Below, piece after piece: positions 38,324-40,684 of a stretch of 40,684 nt of DNA (its first letter is position 1; the number at the start of each line of letters is the position of its first letter). The translations under genes were made by a program, and so were the position numbers. The DNA comes from Rickettsiaceae bacterium. Its GTDB lineage: Bacteria > Pseudomonadota > Alphaproteobacteria > Rickettsiales > Rickettsiaceae. The notes under the pieces were generated by a model. It saw only the letters and a program-made list of their open reading frames with translations, was not told the origin of the DNA and searched no databases. Location of the stretch: positions 1 through 40,684 of the forward strand of contig JABSSF010000003.1 of NCBI GenBank assembly GCA_013214485.1, written 5' to 3'.

Positions 38324-39572
38324 TATGCAGAAAATTCCGAAGACATAGTATACACTTTTTTCATTTGCGAGGTAGCATATGACATGGAAGGAGTGTAGTA
38401 AAATGGACGAGAAATTAAAGTTTGTAGCAAGATTGTTAGAAGGAGAAAAGATTGCAGTGTTATGCCGTGAGTTTGGTATTACAAGGCGCACAGGTTATAA
38501 GATATTTAATCGCTATAAAGACTACGGTCTTGAAGGCCTTCAAGACCGTAGTGGCAAGCCCTATAGACATGCAAATCAATTACCATACCAAATTGAGAGA
38601 GCAATATTGGGTATAAAGAAGGAATATCCAAGTTGGGGAGCCCCTAAAATTAAGGAAAAATTGTTACGTCAATTTCCTGATATTAAACATCCTGCTATTA
38701 GCACAATACATGCGGTGCTAGATCGTAATGGTTTAGTAAAAAGACAAAAACGTAGACGATATAAAGCACAAGGAACAGAGCTTCTGGAACATAACAGCAT
38801 CAATAGTCTTTGGTGTTGTGACTACAAAGGAGAGTTTATGCTTGGTAATAAAGAATATTGTTACCCTTTGACCATTACAGATTATCATTCACGATATTTG
38901 CTTGCTTGCGAAGGGCAAGAATCTACAAAAGAACAAGGAGCATTTGCTGTTTTTGAAAGCGTTTTTAGAGAGTTTGGATTACCTGATACTATTCGCAGTG
39001 ATAATGGTATACCTTTTGCATCTCCAAATGCCTTATATGGTTTAAGCAAATTATCCGTTTGGTGGCTTAGACTCGGCATAAAAATAGAAAGAATTAAACC
39101 TGGTAACCCTCAACAAAATGGCCGTCACGAACGAATGCATAGAACTCTAAAACAAGATACTGCCAAACCTCCAGCATTTAATCTTCTGCAACAACAAGAA
39201 AAATTTGATCATTTTCAGAAAGTATACAATTATGAGCGTCCTCATCAAGCTATTGCTAACAAATACCCTGCAGAACTGTATACACCTTCTACTAGAGTTT
39301 ATAAAGGATTACCAGATATTGATTATCCTTTTGCTGATAAAATTGTTACCATTACAAAATGTGGAAGAATATGTATTGGAAAAAAGAAAATCAGTGTAAG
39401 TAGTGTATTTGCTGGACAAAATGTTGGTATTTCTCAAGTTGATGATAAAATTTGGCTTGTACAATTCATGCTTTATGATATAGGATACTTTGATATGGAT
39501 ACTTGTAGGCTAGAACCTATTGATAATCAGCTTACCTCGAAACTGTATACCATGCCTCCAGAATGTACCATT
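38296..39572 (+). mobile_element. IS481-family insertion sequence
   Basis: Imperfect terminal inverted repeats: left aaccaattgtgtacttcctgagagatagtatgcag; reverse complement of right aatggtacattctggaggcatggtatacag. Flanked by a 7-bp direct repeat caaaatt (38289-38295 and 39573-39579). Alternative boundaries 38298-39581 (ccaatt/aattgg) cannot be excluded. Confidence 0.6.
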
Positions 39573-39584
39573 CAAAATTGGTGA
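38403..39584 (+). CDS. IS481-family DDE transposase (integrase core domain)
   Basis: Start at the internal ATG 38403 after aaggag. N-terminal HTH (IAVLCREFGITRRTGYKIFNRY). DDE triad contexts WCCDYKG, IRSDNGIPF, NGRHERMHRTLK. The stop codon lies 3 nt inside the tRNA 3' end. Confidence 0.85.
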   Translation: MDEKLKFVARLLEGEKIAVLCREFGITRRTGYKIFNRYKDYGLEGLQDRSGKPYRHANQLPYQIERAILGIKKEYPSWGAPKIKEKLLRQFPDIKHPAISTIHAVLDRNGLVKRQKRRRYKAQGTELLEHNSINSLWCCDYKGEFMLGNKEYCYPLTITDYHSRYLLACEGQESTKEQGAFAVFESVFREFGLPDTIRSDNGIPFASPNALYGLSKLSVWWLRLGIKIERIKPGNPQQNGRHERMHRTLKQDTAKPPAFNLLQQQEKFDHFQKVYNYERPHQAIANKYPAELYTPSTRVYKGLPDIDYPFADKIVTITKCGRICIGKKKISVSSVFAGQNVGISQVDDKIWLVQFMLYDIGYFDMDTCRLEPIDNQLTSKLYTMPPECTIQNW

Positions 39585-39654
39585 GCCCGCCGGGATTCGA
39601 ACCCGGGACACCCTGATTAAAAGTCAGGTGCTCTACCAGCTGAGCTACGGGCTC
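39579..39654 (-). tRNA. tRNA-Lys (anticodon UUU), CCA encoded
   Basis: The reverse complement folds as a cloverleaf: GAGCCCG ta GCTC agctggta GAGC a CCTGA cTTTTaa TCAGG gtgtc CCGGG ttcgaat CCCGG CGGGCTC a cca. All four stems are fully paired. Confidence 0.95.
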
Positions 39655-39842
39655 ACTAGTTTAAGTTACTAATGATAATTAGCAAACTCACCATATTTGA
39701 AAATATATTAGAAATGTTATTTAATATTACAGTTTAACTGCATTGGATTATTAAATTCATCAAAACTAATTTGTTTACTTTATCGCTGAAAAACTATAAA
39801 ATGTCAATGATTTTTTATAAAATTTACATTTTTTATTATATT

Positions 39843-40607
39843 ATGCATGAAGACGTTGTAGTTATTATCCCAGCACGTATTGGTTCAACAAGACTCCCAA
39901 ATAAACCTTTAGAATTAATTGGCGATAAAACAATGATTGAACATATCGCAACTAGAGTAAAAGATCTAGGACTTCAAGTTTATGTTGCGACTGATTCAGC
40001 AAAAATAGCAACTTTACTAACAAAACATAACCTAGATGTAGTTATGACCGATGAATCTTGTCCATCAGGTACTGATAGAGTGCACCAAGCACTACAAAAA
40101 TTACCACAACTAGAACAAATTAATTACGTAATTAATGTCCAAGGTGATATGCCTTTTGTTGATACTACGGCAATTCTGCAAGTAATTGAATTATTAAAAA
40201 ATAGTGATTTTGAAATTACTACGCCAGTTGCTAAGGTAAATGAATCAATTGCTAAAGAACATTCTAATGTTAAAGTGATTATTGATAATAATAATAAAGC
40301 TCTTTATTTCTCTCGTAACTTAATTCCTTATGGCGCAAAAGAATTCCTTTACCATATTGGTATTTATGGTTTTCGTAAAAATACTTTAAATAAATTTGTT
40401 GCCTTACCTCAGACTAATTACGAAAAAAATGAAAATTTAGAACAACTTAGAGCTTTAGAAAATGGCATGAAAATCGGAGTATGTCATTGCAGTGAAATAC
40501 CAATATCTGTAGATACTATAACTGATCTTGAAAAGGCACAAAATCAATGGCAAACAACAGGGCAATTTAAAAGTCACAATCAAAGATTACAAATTACTCT
40601 TGAATAG
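39843..40607 (+). CDS. kdsB: 3-deoxy-manno-octulosonate cytidylyltransferase (CMP-KDO synthetase)
   Basis: Start at the internal ATG 39843 (MHEDVVVIIPARIGSTRLPNKPL). Also GTDRV, NVQGDMPF, GIYGFR, LEQLRALENG. Confidence 0.9.
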   Translation: MHEDVVVIIPARIGSTRLPNKPLELIGDKTMIEHIATRVKDLGLQVYVATDSAKIATLLTKHNLDVVMTDESCPSGTDRVHQALQKLPQLEQINYVINVQGDMPFVDTTAILQVIELLKNSDFEITTPVAKVNESIAKEHSNVKVIIDNNNKALYFSRNLIPYGAKEFLYHIGIYGFRKNTLNKFVALPQTNYEKNENLEQLRALENGMKIGVCHCSEIPISVDTITDLEKAQNQWQTTGQFKSHNQRLQITLE

Positions 40608-40684
40608 AAACTTATAAAAAACCAATTCTTGTAAACTTTTTAAAAACAATATTTGTATAAGATTAAATCAGGATAATTTTTTAA

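Noticed and set aside
39576-39581. Alternative IS481 boundary in which the terminal ccaatt/aattgg pair (38298-38303 and 39576-39581) forms the ends, so that the tRNA CCA would be supplied by the IS
   Set aside because: No target duplication flanks those ends, whereas the 38296-39572 boundaries are flanked by a 7-bp direct repeat. It is kept as an alternative because the terminal repeats are imperfect.

Overview
AT-rich (roughly 30% GC by eye, not computed) chromosomal segment with Rickettsiales signatures. All alignments and motif calls were done by eye; no searches were run. Core content: an rvh-type T4SS operon (virB8, a short virB9, virB10, virB11, virD4), a Ppx/GppA phosphatase, cytochrome b561, ctaC-ctaD-ctaB cytochrome oxidase genes, pal, an orphan fliO-fliP pair, a tightly overlapping trxA / ABC ATPase / ABC permease / 1052-aa flavoprotein operon, rodA, a Cache-type histidine kinase, cysS and kdsB. 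Many intergenic spacers carry RPE/MITE-like palindromic repeats. A class II Fic gene preceded by a perfect 34-bp palindrome lies directly upstream of the T4SS operon, next to a window-truncated IS630 copy. The segment from about 27.1 to 39.65 kb, between cysS and tRNA-Lys(UUU), looks like a mosaic accessory region. It holds a decayed IS630 and then a visibly more AT-rich type IV pilus-like module. That module contains a pilin-head-like protein with a Sec-type leader, an MshL/PilQ-type secretin lipoprotein, a membrane-anchored stand-alone receiver domain protein, and PilN-, PilO- and PilP-like proteins. It has no ATPase, platform protein, PilM or prepilin peptidase. After it come a 3'-truncated IS982 transposase gene, about 0.9 kb of repeat-bearing non-coding DNA, small orphan ORFs, and a large serine recombinase. 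The recombinase 3' end appears interrupted by an IS481-family element abutting the tRNA. The pilus-like module is my best candidate for an undescribed system. No CRISPR array or rRNA gene was seen.
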